Below are positions 18,428 through 29,560 of a stretch of DNA of 64,000 bases, in pieces (position 1 is the stretch's first letter; each line of letters opens with the position of its first letter). The position numbers were made by a program, and so were the translations under genes. A model generated the notes under the pieces. The model searched no databases, was not told the DNA's origin, and saw nothing but the letters and a program-made list of their open reading frames with translations. Source of the stretch: Candidatus Oxydemutatoraceae bacterium (GTDB lineage Bacteria; Pseudomonadota; Gammaproteobacteria; Poriferisulfidales; Oxydemutatoraceae); assembly GCA_965220085.1 (NCBI GenBank), contig CBDCOZ010000003.1:384001-448000 (forward strand), read 5' to 3'.

Positions 18428-18612
18428 GAATATCTTGACAGAACCATCTGTGGAAATATTGTTGATGTTATGAGAAAAATGCTGGATGGTTCGGTAGATT
18501 TGATTGTTACCTCACCGCTATCCAACCTCAAAAACTCAACTGGCAATGGCATGAAAGACAGTCGCGGAGGCAAGTAGCCCAATGCCGCACTTCAAAACGG
18601 ATAGTATTACTT
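18428..18612 (+). pseudogene. N-terminal fragment of a DNA methyltransferase
   Basis: Manual translation EYLDRTICGNIVDVMRKMLDGSVDLIVTSPLSNLKNSTGNGMKDSRGGK*PNAALQNGY: degenerate TSPPY motif and an internal stop. Confidence 0.7.
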
Positions 18613-18617
18613 TACCG

Positions 18618-19130
18618 CTACCAGCGGGCTTTGTCCCACATTTCGGGGTTGCTCCAGAAGCGGCTGTTGAGCCAGTCGGGGACATCTTTGTAGTTAAAGA
18701 TATCAAAGTAATATAGGTGCTCCCCGTTGTCCTGTGGTTGGCCGGAGCTTGTCTGTAGTCGTTTGAATCCGAGTGCGCGAATATGCGCGTCGTCATCAAA
18801 TGCCGTTTGGGGGTCTGCTATTTTGTTGCGGCAGAGGTAGACCCTTTCGCACAGGCTGTCGCGCATCTGTGATACCAGTTGGTTATACGAACGATTGTCC
18901 GCCTCTTCGTCCAGACAGATGATGCCGATTGCAAACCGCCCCGCATCGCTGTTTTGTCGCACTTCTTGCAGTGTATCGCTGATGGTCAGGTGAACGCCGT
19001 CAAGCGCTTCCAGTTCGCGGTTGAAGTCGTGGCAGGCGCTGAGGACGAGGATGTTGCCGCCTTGTTTTTCTTTGACAACCTTTAGCAAGTGGTCCCGTAG
19101 CGAGCGGGTGGGGAATGTATCCGCAGTCAT
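18618..19130 (-). CDS. DUF6231-like protein
   Basis: C-terminal YFDIFNYKDVPDWLNSRFWSNPEMWDKARW. Confidence 0.7.
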   Translation of the reverse strand: MTADTFPTRSLRDHLLKVVKEKQGGNILVLSACHDFNRELEALDGVHLTISDTLQEVRQNSDAGRFAIGIICLDEEADNRSYNQLVSQMRDSLCERVYLCRNKIADPQTAFDDDAHIRALGFKRLQTSSGQPQDNGEHLYYFDIFNYKDVPDWLNSRFWSNPEMWDKARW

Positions 19131-19133
19131 TGC

Positions 19134-20234
19134 TTACAATGCCGGCAAGTGGTTTCGGGTGACGGTCTTGCGCCAGCCGCTGTTGAGCAGTTCGTGTATT
19201 TCTGCATCGCTCTTTAATACCAATCGCGTGATTTGTTTGCGGTTTGTAATCAGCGAGGCGGCGATGTTGTGTTCTTCCGCCGATTTTCTGATAGCGCTGA
19301 GTATCTTTTCTACCTGATTTTTCTGTTGCTGGCTCGGCCCGGTCTTTTTCACTTCGCTGCCGTCGTCGCTGATACCGCCGAGGATGTTTGCTATCTCTTT
19401 GCTCCATTCTCGTATGTGTCGGGCGGGGCAGGTCTTGATGGTTTTTTCTATCTGCGATAGCGACAGCTCGCGTTGCGCCAGTTTGATCAGCGTGTTGTCG
19501 GGCAATAGCCAGCGACGGGGTTTGTCCAATTGCCGGGCTTTGTGTTCGCGCCATACGGCGAGCGCTCGCAGTTTGTCGTGTTCGGCGGCGCGGGTGAGCG
19601 GGCCGCTGCCGGACACTTTGATCGACATGGCATCGGGGGGTTGTGCGAGCGTATGTCTGGTTTTTTGCAGGATTCTTTCGCTTTCCTCGCGAAACCAACT
19701 CAGCTTGTTTTCCCGTGCCAAGCTATCGCGCAGTATGTGATGCGCTTTGAGCAGGTGGATGACATCGTTGGCGGCATATTCTTGCTGCTTTGACGACAGC
19801 GGACGCCGCAGCCAGTCGGAACGCGCGCAATCTTTTTCAAGATGGATGTTGAGACATTCTTTGATCAGAGCCTTGTAGCTGATCTGCGCTCCCATGCCGA
19901 GAAAGGCGGCGGCGATCTGTGTGTCAAAGGTCGGCAATTCCACCGTGCAGCCGAGGCGATCCAATATGTGATGGTCTTGGTCGGCGGCGTGTATGACTTT
20001 GGTAATCTTCTTGTTACCGAGCAGTTGGCACAGGGGGCCGTAGTCGGAGATGGCGGTGAGGTCGATGAGGAAGACGTCGTTTTCAATCGCAATCTGTGCC
20101 AGCGACAGCGCCGGGTAGTATGTGCGTTCGCGCACACATTCGGTGTCGATTGCGAAGGCGGCTTTTTTGTCTATGGCGGAGCATATGTTTGCGAGCGCTT
20201 GTGTGTCGTCAATCCACAGAAATGGTTTTGTCAT
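19134..20234 (-). CDS. rnd: Ribonuclease D
   Basis: AIDTE..RERTYYP, IHAADQD, FDTQIAA, SDWLRRPLS..Q.EYAANDV, HRDC region. Confidence 0.95.
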   Translation of the reverse strand: MTKPFLWIDDTQALANICSAIDKKAAFAIDTECVRERTYYPALSLAQIAIENDVFLIDLTAISDYGPLCQLLGNKKITKVIHAADQDHHILDRLGCTVELPTFDTQIAAAFLGMGAQISYKALIKECLNIHLEKDCARSDWLRRPLSSKQQEYAANDVIHLLKAHHILRDSLARENKLSWFREESERILQKTRHTLAQPPDAMSIKVSGSGPLTRAAEHDKLRALAVWREHKARQLDKPRRWLLPDNTLIKLAQRELSLSQIEKTIKTCPARHIREWSKEIANILGGISDDGSEVKKTGPSQQQKNQVEKILSAIRKSAEEHNIAASLITNRKQITRLVLKSDAEIHELLNSGWRKTVTRNHLPAL

Positions 20235-20429
20235 CTGTCTTTCCTTGGTAACCGCCGGTCTTTGTCAGTGTTGTATATGATACAAGAAGGGATGCGATTT
20301 TGTATGGCACGGGTCGGGATAGGACGGGATATTCGCGGCATTTTCGCTGCGGCTGTTTGCGGGTTTGCCCCGCTTGCATACCGATTGCATATAGAATGGC
20401 GGGTACGGTAATTGAGCGGAGCAAAGCGT

Positions 20430-20816
20430 ATGAACAAGCGAGACGACAAGTTCTGGAAAGAAAAACTTTCTCCGGAGCAATACAGGGTGACCCGGGAAAA
20501 GGGAACAGAAGCGCCTTTTTCAGGTGCTTATTACAAGCTGAGCAGCGCGGGGGAATATCACTGTATTTGCTGCGATGAGAAACTTTTTTCCTCTGCTGAA
20601 AAGTATGATTCGGGAACAGGCTGGCCCAGTTTCTGGGCGAGCGTTGGCGATATTGATTGCAAGGAAGACTGCTCCCTTTTCATGAAAAGAACCGAGGTGC
20701 TTTGTAAAAACTGCGGGGCGCATCTGGGGCATGTCTTTGATGACGGCCCCGAACCTACGGGGAAAAGATATTGCATCAACTCTTGTGCTCTGAACTTCAG
20801 AGGGAAGGTCGAATAA
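20430..20816 (+). CDS. msrB: Peptide-methionine (R)-S-oxide reductase
   Basis: [35 protein letters not shown]. Confidence 0.95.
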   Translation: MNKRDDKFWKEKLSPEQYRVTREKGTEAPFSGAYYKLSSAGEYHCICCDEKLFSSAEKYDSGTGWPSFWASVGDIDCKEDCSLFMKRTEVLCKNCGAHLGHVFDDGPEPTGKRYCINSCALNFRGKVE

Positions 20817-20850
20817 ATTTTTATTTTCCTGCAAAATAGATGAGATACTC

Positions 20851-22125
20851 ATGGCGTTTTCGTTGAAATCACCACCTTTGTTTCGCGGCTGGTCAAAGTC
20901 ATCGCTGTCTTGGGCTGTTTATGACTGGGGCAATTCGGCGTTTGCAACGGTTGTTCTTTCCGGTATTTTCCCGATTTTTTATCGTGACCAGTGGGCGCAG
21001 GATATGTCCGAGGGGGATATCAGCCTTTCGCTTGGGTTGATTAATTCCGCATCGGGTTTGTTGCTAATGCTGTGCGCGCCGTTGCTCGGTGCGATTGCCG
21101 ATGCTTCGCATATTAAAAAGCCGTTGGTGGTTATTTGTGCGGTACTCGGTGCGGTACTCACGGCTTTATTTGCATTCGTTCCGTCGGGTGAATGGCAGTT
21201 TGCCGCTGTCTGTTATGTGCTGGCGGTGTTTTTCTTTATGGCCGGCAATATTTCTTATGATGCGCTATTGGTTGATGTCTGTGCCCCGCGCGATTACGAG
21301 CGGGTGTCGGCGGCGGGTTTTGCGATCGGTTATCTTGGCGGCGGTGTGTTATTGGCCTTTATTGTCTGGATGATTTTGAACGCATCATCGTTTGCTACGA
21401 GTGAGTACGACATGATGCGCATAGGCTTTATTCTGGTCGGTTGCTGGTGGGTCATATTCACCTGGCCGCTGTTTCGTTACGTGCGTGAGAAGCGCAAAGA
21501 CAGGGGTAACATTCGTCAGGGGATAAGACGGTTTATGGAGACGATTCGTCTGGTGCGCGCTTATCCGGTTGCCGGTTGGTTCCTGCTTGCATACTGGTTG
21601 TATATAGATGCGGTGGATACGGTAATCAGGATGGCGGTGAACTATGGGCAGGTCATCGGCTTTACGTCAACCGACTTGATTGCGGCGCTTTTGCTGGTGC
21701 AGTTCGTCGGTTTTCCCGCGACATTGGTTTATGGGCGGTTGGCCGAGCGTTTTGGCAGCGGTCCGCTTATCGTCGCCGGCGTATTGGGTTATGTCGTCGT
21801 TTGTTTGTGGGGGGCGGTGATTGATTCGCTGTTGGATTTTTACCTGTTGGCGGTGCTGGTTGCTTTGTTGCAGGGCGGTTTACAGGCGCAGAGCCGCGCT
21901 TTCTATGCGCACTTGATTCCGGCACAAAACGCCGGGCAGTTCTTCGGTTTGTATAACTTGCTGGGCCGTTTTGCGGTGGTTATAGGGCCGCTGATACTGG
22001 GCGTGGTCGGCAGTGTCAGTGGTGATCTGCGGATCGGGTTGGCCTCGGTCAGCGTGTTGTTAGTTCTCGGCCTGATTGTTTTCTGGTTGCGGGTATTGCC
22101 GCATGTGTCCGGGCGTTCCGCTTAA
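20851..22125 (+). CDS. MFS transporter (UMF1/ATG22-like)
   Basis: WAVYDWGNSAF, multiple transmembrane helices, FFGLYNLLGRF. Confidence 0.9.
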   Translation: MAFSLKSPPLFRGWSKSSLSWAVYDWGNSAFATVVLSGIFPIFYRDQWAQDMSEGDISLSLGLINSASGLLLMLCAPLLGAIADASHIKKPLVVICAVLGAVLTALFAFVPSGEWQFAAVCYVLAVFFFMAGNISYDALLVDVCAPRDYERVSAAGFAIGYLGGGVLLAFIVWMILNASSFATSEYDMMRIGFILVGCWWVIFTWPLFRYVREKRKDRGNIRQGIRRFMETIRLVRAYPVAGWFLLAYWLYIDAVDTVIRMAVNYGQVIGFTSTDLIAALLLVQFVGFPATLVYGRLAERFGSGPLIVAGVLGYVVVCLWGAVIDSLLDFYLLAVLVALLQGGLQAQSRAFYAHLIPAQNAGQFFGLYNLLGRFAVVIGPLILGVVGSVSGDLRIGLASVSVLLVLGLIVFWLRVLPHVSGRSA

Positions 22126-22781
22126 TTGTCTGTCGTTGCGGGTAGCGGTTGGAGCGCGCCGGCATCGGATAAATAGTATCGCTGTCCCTGCTCTAATTCT
22201 CCGGCACAAAACAATGCGACGACCGCAGGGTAGAGTTTATGTTCCTGTGACAATACCCGTGCCGCGAGCTCGGCGCAGGTGTCTTTGCCGGGGAATACTT
22301 TCACTTTGGCTTGGGCAATGAGCGGACCGGCATCGAGTTCGGCGGTGACGAAGTGGATGCTGCAACCGTGTTCGGTCGCACCGGCGTCAAGGACTCTTTG
22401 ATGCGTGTTGAGGCCGCGGTATGCGGGTAGCAAGGATGGGTGGATGTTCATAATCGGACACCGCATGCGGGCAACGAAGGTCGCACTCAATATGTGCATG
22501 AAGCCGGCGAGAACGATGAGGTCGGGTTTGGCGGCGGTAATCCTGTCGGCTAGCGCGGCTTCAAAGGATTGTTTGTCCGCATAGGTATTGATGTCAACGG
22601 TATCGGTCGGGACACCGCGTGCGGCTGCTTTTTTGCCGCCTTCGGTGTCACTGCGGTTGCTGATGACCAGCGTAATCTCTCCTGCGATGCGCCCGTCTTC
22701 CATTGCGTCCAACAGGGCGAGCATATTGCTGCCACGCCCCGATATCAGTGCGACGATGCGTTTGGGTCGGTCAGTCGGCAT
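22122..22781 (-). CDS. purN: Phosphoribosylglycinamide formyltransferase
   Basis: ISGRGSN, LAGFM, NIHPSLLP, LDAGP. Confidence 0.95.
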   Translation of the reverse strand: MPTDRPKRIVALISGRGSNMLALLDAMEDGRIAGEITLVISNRSDTEGGKKAAARGVPTDTVDINTYADKQSFEAALADRITAAKPDLIVLAGFMHILSATFVARMRCPIMNIHPSLLPAYRGLNTHQRVLDAGATEHGCSIHFVTAELDAGPLIAQAKVKVFPGKDTCAELAARVLSQEHKLYPAVVALFCAGELEQGQRYYLSDAGALQPLPATTDN

Positions 22782-22791
22782 GCAAACTCGT

Positions 22792-23835
22792 TTATCGGTA
22801 CACCACGCAAGGTTCGTCTTTGTCGTGCCGTCGTATCTCGCCGATTTTCCGTGCGTCAAGCTTTTGTTTTGCGAGGTGTCGGATGATCATGTCGCTTTGC
22901 TCTGCCGCGGCGACTATGCACATGCCGATGCCGCAGTTAAAGACTTTGAGCATTTCCATGTCTTCGACATTTGCTTGTTGCTGAATCCAGTCAAAGATGT
23001 CGGGTCGTTGCCACGCTTGTGTGTCAATCTGCGCACAGTGTCCGGCGGGGAGAACCCGCGGCAGGTTTTCGGTGATGCCGCCGCCGGTGATGTGTGCGAG
23101 GGCGCGAACACGCCGTTGCTCAATTAGCGGCAGTATCTGCCGCACATAGATTTTGGTCTGTGTCAGCAGTGTCTCGCCCAGAGTCTTGCCGTCAAAAGGC
23201 GTATTGAGATTGACCCGGTTAGTGTTGATGATGTGATTGATCAACGAGAAGCCATTGGAGTGCACACCGCTTGAAGCGACGCCGATGACAATGTCGCCTG
23301 CGCTGACATTTGCCGGTAGCAATGCATCTTTTTCCGCAAGGCCGATGGCAAAGCCCGCGAGGTCGTAGTTGCCGGGTTGGTAGCAGCCCGGCATCTCCGC
23401 GGTCTCGCCTCCGATGAGACCCGCGCCCGCCTCGCGACAAGCGCGCGCGATGCCGGCGATGACAGCGCAGGCCTGTTTGGCGTCCAGTTTGTCGCACGAG
23501 TAATAGTCAAGGAAAGCGACGGGTTTGCCGCCGTGCGCCAGAATGTCGTTGACACACATGGCGACCAGATCGGCGCCGATGGTGTCGTAACGCCCGAGCA
23601 CTTTTGTCAGGTGCAACTTGGTGCCGACGCCGTCGGTTGCGCCGAGCATAACCGGGTTGCGGTAGTCGTTGCTCGGCAATTCAAACAGCCCGGCGAAACC
23701 GCCGCGGTTTTTGATGATATTGGGGTGGGATGCCCGCTCGCATACGGGCTTGATTGCCTCCATGAGGGTGTTCGCTGCGGCGATGTCAACCCCCGCATCT
23801 TGATATGTCGTGTGCTGCGCTTTTTTATCCAGCAT
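22792..23835 (-). CDS. purM: Phosphoribosylformylglycinamidine cyclo-ligase
   Basis: YQDAGVDI, TDGVGTK, GGETAEMPG, HITGGG, FNCGIGM. Confidence 0.97.
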   Translation of the reverse strand: MLDKKAQHTTYQDAGVDIAAANTLMEAIKPVCERASHPNIIKNRGGFAGLFELPSNDYRNPVMLGATDGVGTKLHLTKVLGRYDTIGADLVAMCVNDILAHGGKPVAFLDYYSCDKLDAKQACAVIAGIARACREAGAGLIGGETAEMPGCYQPGNYDLAGFAIGLAEKDALLPANVSAGDIVIGVASSGVHSNGFSLINHIINTNRVNLNTPFDGKTLGETLLTQTKIYVRQILPLIEQRRVRALAHITGGGITENLPRVLPAGHCAQIDTQAWQRPDIFDWIQQQANVEDMEMLKVFNCGIGMCIVAAAEQSDMIIRHLAKQKLDARKIGEIRRHDKDEPCVVYR

Positions 23836-23940
23836 GGATATAATGAATAGGTCAAATTGGATTATATGACTATTTTACACGGTACCGCTTTAATTTGTCG
23901 TCATTGAGGGATGCTATTTAAGTTTGGGCGCCGGTTTGTG

Positions 23941-24504
23941 ATGAAGAAACAAAATATTCCCAACATAATCACAGGGTTTCGTCTTATCTTTACCCCCGTA
24001 TTGCTATGGTGCATCGTCGCCGAGGACTTCGCCGCCGCCTTTGTGTTGGCGTGTCTTATGTCTCTGTCGGATGCTGTCGATGGTTGGTTGGCCAAGGGTT
24101 GCGGCTGGGAAACTCGTTTTGGCCGATTCTTTGATCCGCTGGCCGATAAGGTGATGGTGGTCAGCAGCTTTATCGTTTTGGGCGTGTCGGGTCTTTTGCC
24201 GCTTTGGTTAGTCGTGATCGTGGCGGCGAGCAGCATCGCCCTCGTTGCGGGCGGCGCGGTTTTTTATTTCCGGTTTCGTGACTTGTACATGAAACCGCCC
24301 AAGATCAGCAAGATCAACACGCTGCTTCAGTTGTTGTTGATTATATTGATACTTTTTGCTCGCTCCGGCTTTAGCGCAGAGCCTTCGATCGTGTTGTCGG
24401 CGGCGGATTGGCTGGTTTATGTGGTTTTTGTCACTACCATGTTGAGTTTTCTGGTATATCTTTTCACCTGGCAAAAATGTCGCGCACACCTCAAGTCGCG
24501 GTAG
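23941..24504 (+). CDS. CDP-alcohol phosphatidyltransferase family protein
   Basis: IPNIIT, SDAVDGWLA...G...DPLADK motif. Confidence 0.9.
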   Translation: MKKQNIPNIITGFRLIFTPVLLWCIVAEDFAAAFVLACLMSLSDAVDGWLAKGCGWETRFGRFFDPLADKVMVVSSFIVLGVSGLLPLWLVVIVAASSIALVAGGAVFYFRFRDLYMKPPKISKINTLLQLLLIILILFARSGFSAEPSIVLSAADWLVYVVFVTTMLSFLVYLFTWQKCRAHLKSR

Positions 24505-24512
24505 GGAGTATT

Positions 24513-25570
24513 GTGAAAGCAAATCAAACCTTCCCTGTCGCCGCGTTGCTGGTTTTTGTCGTATTGCTGGCATTGTTGCATTGGCTGACTACCACTGTCA
24601 GTATATCGTTCATTTTGGGTTTCCTGCTCGCATACCTGTGTTTGCCGTTGGTCAATCGCCTGACCCGTAGCGGTTGCAATCCGAGTCTGGCATCTTTTCT
24701 GGTTCTGCTGGCGGTCGTTACGTGCTGGCGGTCGTTACGGTTATCGCGCTTATTATGCTGTTGCCATTGCCGTTAGTTGAGCGGCAGCTCGGTTGGTTGC
24801 TGATACGCTTGCCGTCTATCTTGCAGACATTGGAAGACTGGCTTAATCCGGTGTTGCAATTATTTGAACAACAGCAGTCCGGAATTGGCGAGATGCTGTT
24901 TGCGAACTGGCAAGATGCGGGGCAGTTTGCGCGCATCACTCTCGGCTGGTTGCTCGAGTCGGGTGGCACGCTGGCCGGCTTTGTTGTCGTTTTGTTCCTG
25001 ACCCCGTTGCTGATGTTCTATTTGATGCGTGATTGGGACCGTGTGTTTGCCGGTTTGTATCGGCTATTGCCGGGGCGGATTGCTCCTGCGGTGTCCGTCT
25101 GCGTATGTGAAGCCGACCGTGTGCTGGGCACCTTTTTGCGCGGGCAGTTGCTGGTAATCGTGTTGCTGGGTGCTCTTTACAGTATCGGTTTGTGGCTGGT
25201 GGGACTTGAGCTTGCATTGGTCATCGGCGTGTTTGCGGGCGTGTTCAGCTTAATCCCGTATCTCGGCACGGTGGTCGGTATCGTGCTGGCGTCGTTGGCA
25301 AGTTTTCTGCAAGGCGGAGATTGGTCGCAGTTCGGATATGTACTGTCCGTATTTGTTGTTGTGCAGTTGCTTGAGTCATTTGTTTTGGTTCCCTATCTGA
25401 TTGGCGACCGCCTCGGCTTGCATCCGCTGGCGGTGCTGTTTACATTGATCATAGGCGGCAGTTTGTTTGGTCTTGCGGGCGCTTTGTTCGCGCTTCCGGT
25501 ACTGGCCATAGTGGTGGCATTGATTCATCACGCATTGCAATCGCCTCCGGTAGCTGACCGGAACAATTGA
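24513..25570 (+). pseudogene. AI-2E/PerM family transporter, frameshifted by a 17-bp duplication
   Basis: N-part (LLAYLCLPLV) and C-part (FYLMRDW, FLRGQ, IPYLG, LGLHP) are in different frames; TGCTGGCGGTCGTTACG is duplicated at 24706-24739. Confidence 0.85.
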
Positions 25571-26277
25571 TGGCAAGCAGACAATCCTTGATGAAGTTCG
25601 CCCCGGAGGCGGAGAACACCTTCAAGAACTTTGTTGAAGGGGGCAACGAAGAGACGGTCGGCTGTTTGCGTTTGTTGTGCGTCGATGACAATCCGGTCAA
25701 TCAGATTTATCTGTCGGGGGCGAGCGCCAGCGGCAAGAGCCATCTGTTGCAGGCCGTATGCCACTATGCGACGGAGGCAAAGCAACGCGCGATCTATTTG
25801 CCGATGCGACAGGTATCGGAGTACGGCGCCGATGTGCTCGGCGGTCTGGAGGCGATGGACGTGATCTGTATTGACGATGTGGATGCGCTGGCCGGGCGGA
25901 TGGCGTGGGAAGAGGCCTTGTTTAACCTGATTAACCGCATCCGCTCGGGGCGCGGATGTCTGCTGCTGGCGGCGGCCGATGTGCCGCGCAATGCGGGCTT
26001 TCAACTGGCCGATCTGTCTTCGCGTTTGGTCTGGGGCGGCGTATATCGTCTTGCGGCTTTGGCGGATGACGCCAAGGCGCGCGCGATTAAACTGCGTACG
26101 CGCACAAAGGGATATGAGCTTTCGGAAGAAGTGGTTGGCTGGTTGTTAGCGCATTGTTCGCGCGATATGAATTACCTGATCGATGCGACCGCAAAACTGG
26201 AGGAGGCGAGCCTGCTCAATCGCCGGCGTATTACGGTGCCGTTCGCCCGCTCTGTTCTCGGCGACGACAATTCCTAG
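25570..26277 (+). CDS. hda: DnaA regulatory inactivator Hda
   Basis: TFKNFVEGGN, SGKSHLL, WEEALFNL.N, DLSSRL.WG, RRITVPF. Confidence 0.93.
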   Translation: MASRQSLMKFAPEAENTFKNFVEGGNEETVGCLRLLCVDDNPVNQIYLSGASASGKSHLLQAVCHYATEAKQRAIYLPMRQVSEYGADVLGGLEAMDVICIDDVDALAGRMAWEEALFNLINRIRSGRGCLLLAAADVPRNAGFQLADLSSRLVWGGVYRLAALADDAKARAIKLRTRTKGYELSEEVVGWLLAHCSRDMNYLIDATAKLEEASLLNRRRITVPFARSVLGDDNS

Positions 26278-26630
26278 CGCGCGATAAACTTGATGCTCAA
26301 GGCGGAACCCGCAAACAGAGCGGCGCTGCCGAGTGTTTGCAACCAGCCGTAAACGCGGGCGCCTCCCGCGATATTGGCGATGCCAAGGGCGAGATAAACA
26401 AGCGCCAGCAGACACGCCGCATGATAGCTGTCCGACTTGTTGCGTAACAGGCCGCGCAGGATGAGCAGCAATGGCAGGCCGAGCGCGAGGAGGGCGAGCG
26501 CGCGAGGGTAAGCCTGCGGGGGCGCGATCCAGGAGTTCCAGACGGTTACGACCGCGATCAGGAATAAGTGAGATGTAAGCGCCAGCCACGAAGCGCGGCG
26601 AAACATGGGATGGATTGTTTTCTCCGCCAA
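26274..26630 (-). CDS. DUF2069-like membrane protein
   Basis: Four hydrophobic segments, LPLLLILRGLLR; lies between wrbA and hda. Confidence 0.7.
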   Translation of the reverse strand: MAEKTIHPMFRRASWLALTSHLFLIAVVTVWNSWIAPPQAYPRALALLALGLPLLLILRGLLRNKSDSYHAACLLALVYLALGIANIAGGARVYGWLQTLGSAALFAGSALSIKFIAR

Positions 26631-26634
26631 TGTT

Positions 26635-27267
<633 letters not shown>

Positions 27268-27407
27268 TTATACTTTGCATGCCGGAGCCGGGTTGCTACG
27301 CGCAAAACGCTATGACTGCTGTATCATATTATGATATTGCATGCCGCAACAACGGCGATAAACCCGATATTATGACAAATATGATTAAGCAATGAACGGA
27401 GGATGTT

Positions 27408-27725
27408 ATGCCGATTTATGAGTATCAGTGCGATGCTTGCGGGCATCAGACGGAGGTCTTGCAGTCGGCTAACGAGCCTGCGCTGGAGAAGTGCCCCGCC
27501 TGCGGCGAGTTGCGGATGCGCAAATTAATATCGGCGGCGGGTTTCAGGTTGTCCGGCAGCGGCTGGTATGAGACCGATTTCAAATCCGCCAATAAGCGTA
27601 ATCTGTCCGGTGATGCGGCGGATACCAAGAAGTCCGACGCGGGTGAGAAATCCGGCGGCGAAAAGAAAGCCGATAAATCCGCCGCCGCGACAACGACGAA
27701 ATCCGCAAATGAAAAAACAACATAG
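27408..27725 (+). CDS. FmdB-family zinc-ribbon protein
   Basis: MPIYEYQCDACG...CPACG...GSGWYETDF. Confidence 0.92.
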   Translation: MPIYEYQCDACGHQTEVLQSANEPALEKCPACGELRMRKLISAAGFRLSGSGWYETDFKSANKRNLSGDAADTKKSDAGEKSGGEKKADKSAAATTTKSANEKTT

Positions 27726-27772
27726 GCGGTTGGCGCAAACCGATTAACCCGAACTCTGTAAACTTATAAAAG

Positions 27773-29560
27773 ATGTCTTCCGTATCCCGTACGCACTACT
27801 GCGGCCAAGTCGATGATGCTATGAAAGGCCGCGAGGTGACCGTCTGCGGCTGGGTCAATAGACGGCGTGATCACGGCGGCGTGATATTTCTTGATCTGCG
27901 CGATTGCGAGGGCTTGGTGCAACTGGTCGCCGATCCCGATACCCCGCAGGTGTTCGCATTGGCCGACAAGGTGCGCAACGAATTTGTGTTGCGCGCTCGC
28001 GGCACGGTGCGCGAGCGTCCCGAAGGCACCAAAAACCCCGCGCTTGCCACCGGCGCAGTGGAGATTGTCTGCGCATCGCTGGAGATCATCGGCGCGTCCA
28101 AAACCCCGCCATTTCAACTTGACGATGAGGGTGTCAATGAGGAATTGCGGCTGCGGTATCGCTATATCGATCTGCGCAAACCCGAGATGCTGCAACGCCT
28201 GCGTACGCGCGCGGCGATCGTGCGCTGCATTCGCTCCTTCCTTGACGGCAACGGCTTTATCGATGTTGAGACGCCGATGTTGACGAAGGCGACCCCGGAA
28301 GGAGCGCGTGATTATCTGGTGCCGAGTCGCACCCAACCGCATGCGTTTTTTGCCTTGCCCCAATCGCCGCAATTGTTTAAGCAGTTGTTAATGATGAGCG
28401 GGTTTGATCGCTACTATCAGATTACGCGGTGTTTTCGCGATGAGGATTTGCGCGCCGATCGCCAACCCGAGTTTACCCAGTTGGATGCGGAGACCTCGTT
28501 TATGGACGAGGAGGCAATCATGGGATTGATGGAAGAGATGGTCAGAACGCTGTTTCGCGAGGTGATACGGGTTGAGTTGCCGCAGAAGTTTGAGCGGATG
28601 AGCTATGCCGATGCGATGCGGCTCTACGGTTGCGACCGACCGGATCTGCGGATACCGCTGAAGTTGACCGAATTGACCGGCCTGATGCGCGCGGTTGAGT
28701 TCAAAGTGTTTGCGCAGCCCGCGGCATCCGAGAACGGGCGGGTGGCCGCTTTGCGCGTGCCGGGAGGCGGCAAGCTCACGCGCGGCGAGATTGACGGCTA
28801 CACCGAGTTTGTCGGTCGCTACGGCGCCAAAGGGCTTGCCTATATCAAGTGCGATTCGGTCGCGCAAGGCGCGGCCGGCTTGCAGTCGCCGATTTTGAAG
28901 TTTCTTGCCGATGATGTGGTGCGGGAAATTCTGACGCGCACAGGCGCCGCAGATGGCGATATGATTTTCTTCGGCGCGGGCGGCGCGCGGGCGGTCAACG
29001 ATTCGTTGTCGGCGTTGCGCGAGCGGTTGGGGCGCGATCTCAAATTGTGCGAGGACGGTTGGCAACCGTTGTGGATCACGGACTTTCCGTTGTTTGAGTT
29101 TGACGATGCGCAAAAGGGTTGGACTTCGATCCACCACCCGTTTACCGCCCCCCGCGCTGCCGACCCCGACGAAGTGCGTCGCCACCCGGGCAAGTGTTTG
29201 TCGCGGGCTTATGATCTGGTCCTCAACGGCACCGAGCTCGGCGGCGGGTCGGTGCGTATTCACCGCCGGGAAATGCAACAAGCCGTGTTTGAGGTATTGG
29301 GCCTTGACGGCAAAGAAGTCGCCGAGCGGTTCGGTTTCTTTTTGCGCGCGCTGGAGTACGGCTGTCCGTTTCACGGCGGCATTGCTTTCGGCATCGATCG
29401 CATCGCGATGATGATGACCGGCAGCGCCTCCATCCGCGATGTCATTGCTTTTCCCAAGACACAGATTGCCTCGTGTCCTTTAACCGCGGCGCCGATGGCG
29501 GTGTCGGATGCCAGACTGGCAGAGCTGTCTCTGAAGTTGAGAGAACGGGACGATGACTGA
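27773..29560 (+). CDS. aspS: Aspartate-tRNA ligase
   Basis: [42 protein letters not shown]. Confidence 0.98.
   Translation: MSSVSRTHYCGQVDDAMKGREVTVCGWVNRRRDHGGVIFLDLRDCEGLVQLVADPDTPQVFALADKVRNEFVLRARGTVRERPEGTKNPALATGAVEIVCASLEIIGASKTPPFQLDDEGVNEELRLRYRYIDLRKPEMLQRLRTRAAIVRCIRSFLDGNGFIDVETPMLTKATPEGARDYLVPSRTQPHAFFALPQSPQLFKQLLMMSGFDRYYQITRCFRDEDLRADRQPEFTQLDAETSFMDEEAIMGLMEEMVRTLFREVIRVELPQKFERMSYADAMRLYGCDRPDLRIPLKLTELTGLMRAVEFKVFAQPAASENGRVAALRVPGGGKLTRGEIDGYTEFVGRYGAKGLAYIKCDSVAQGAAGLQSPILKFLADDVVREILTRTGAADGDMIFFGAGGARAVNDSLSALRERLGRDLKLCEDGWQPLWITDFPLFEFDDAQKGWTSIHHPFTAPRAADPDEVRRHPGKCLSRAYDLVLNGTELGGGSVRIHRREMQQAVFEVLGLDGKEVAERFGFFLRALEYGCPFHGGIAFGIDRIAMMMTGSASIRDVIAFPKTQIASCPLTAAPMAVSDARLAELSLKLRERDDD

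Larger units (their letters stand above)
10560..18615. mobile_element. AT-rich defence/restriction-modification island downstream of tRNA-Ser (no integrase seen)
   Basis: Sharp drop in GC, abuts the tRNA 3' end, contains MTases, REase remnants and Sir2-HerA; boundaries approximate. Confidence 0.7.

Noticed and set aside
10543-18615. Prophage or integrative element with att sites
   Set aside because: No integrase, transposase or phage genes, and I found no duplicate of the tRNA-Ser 3' end.
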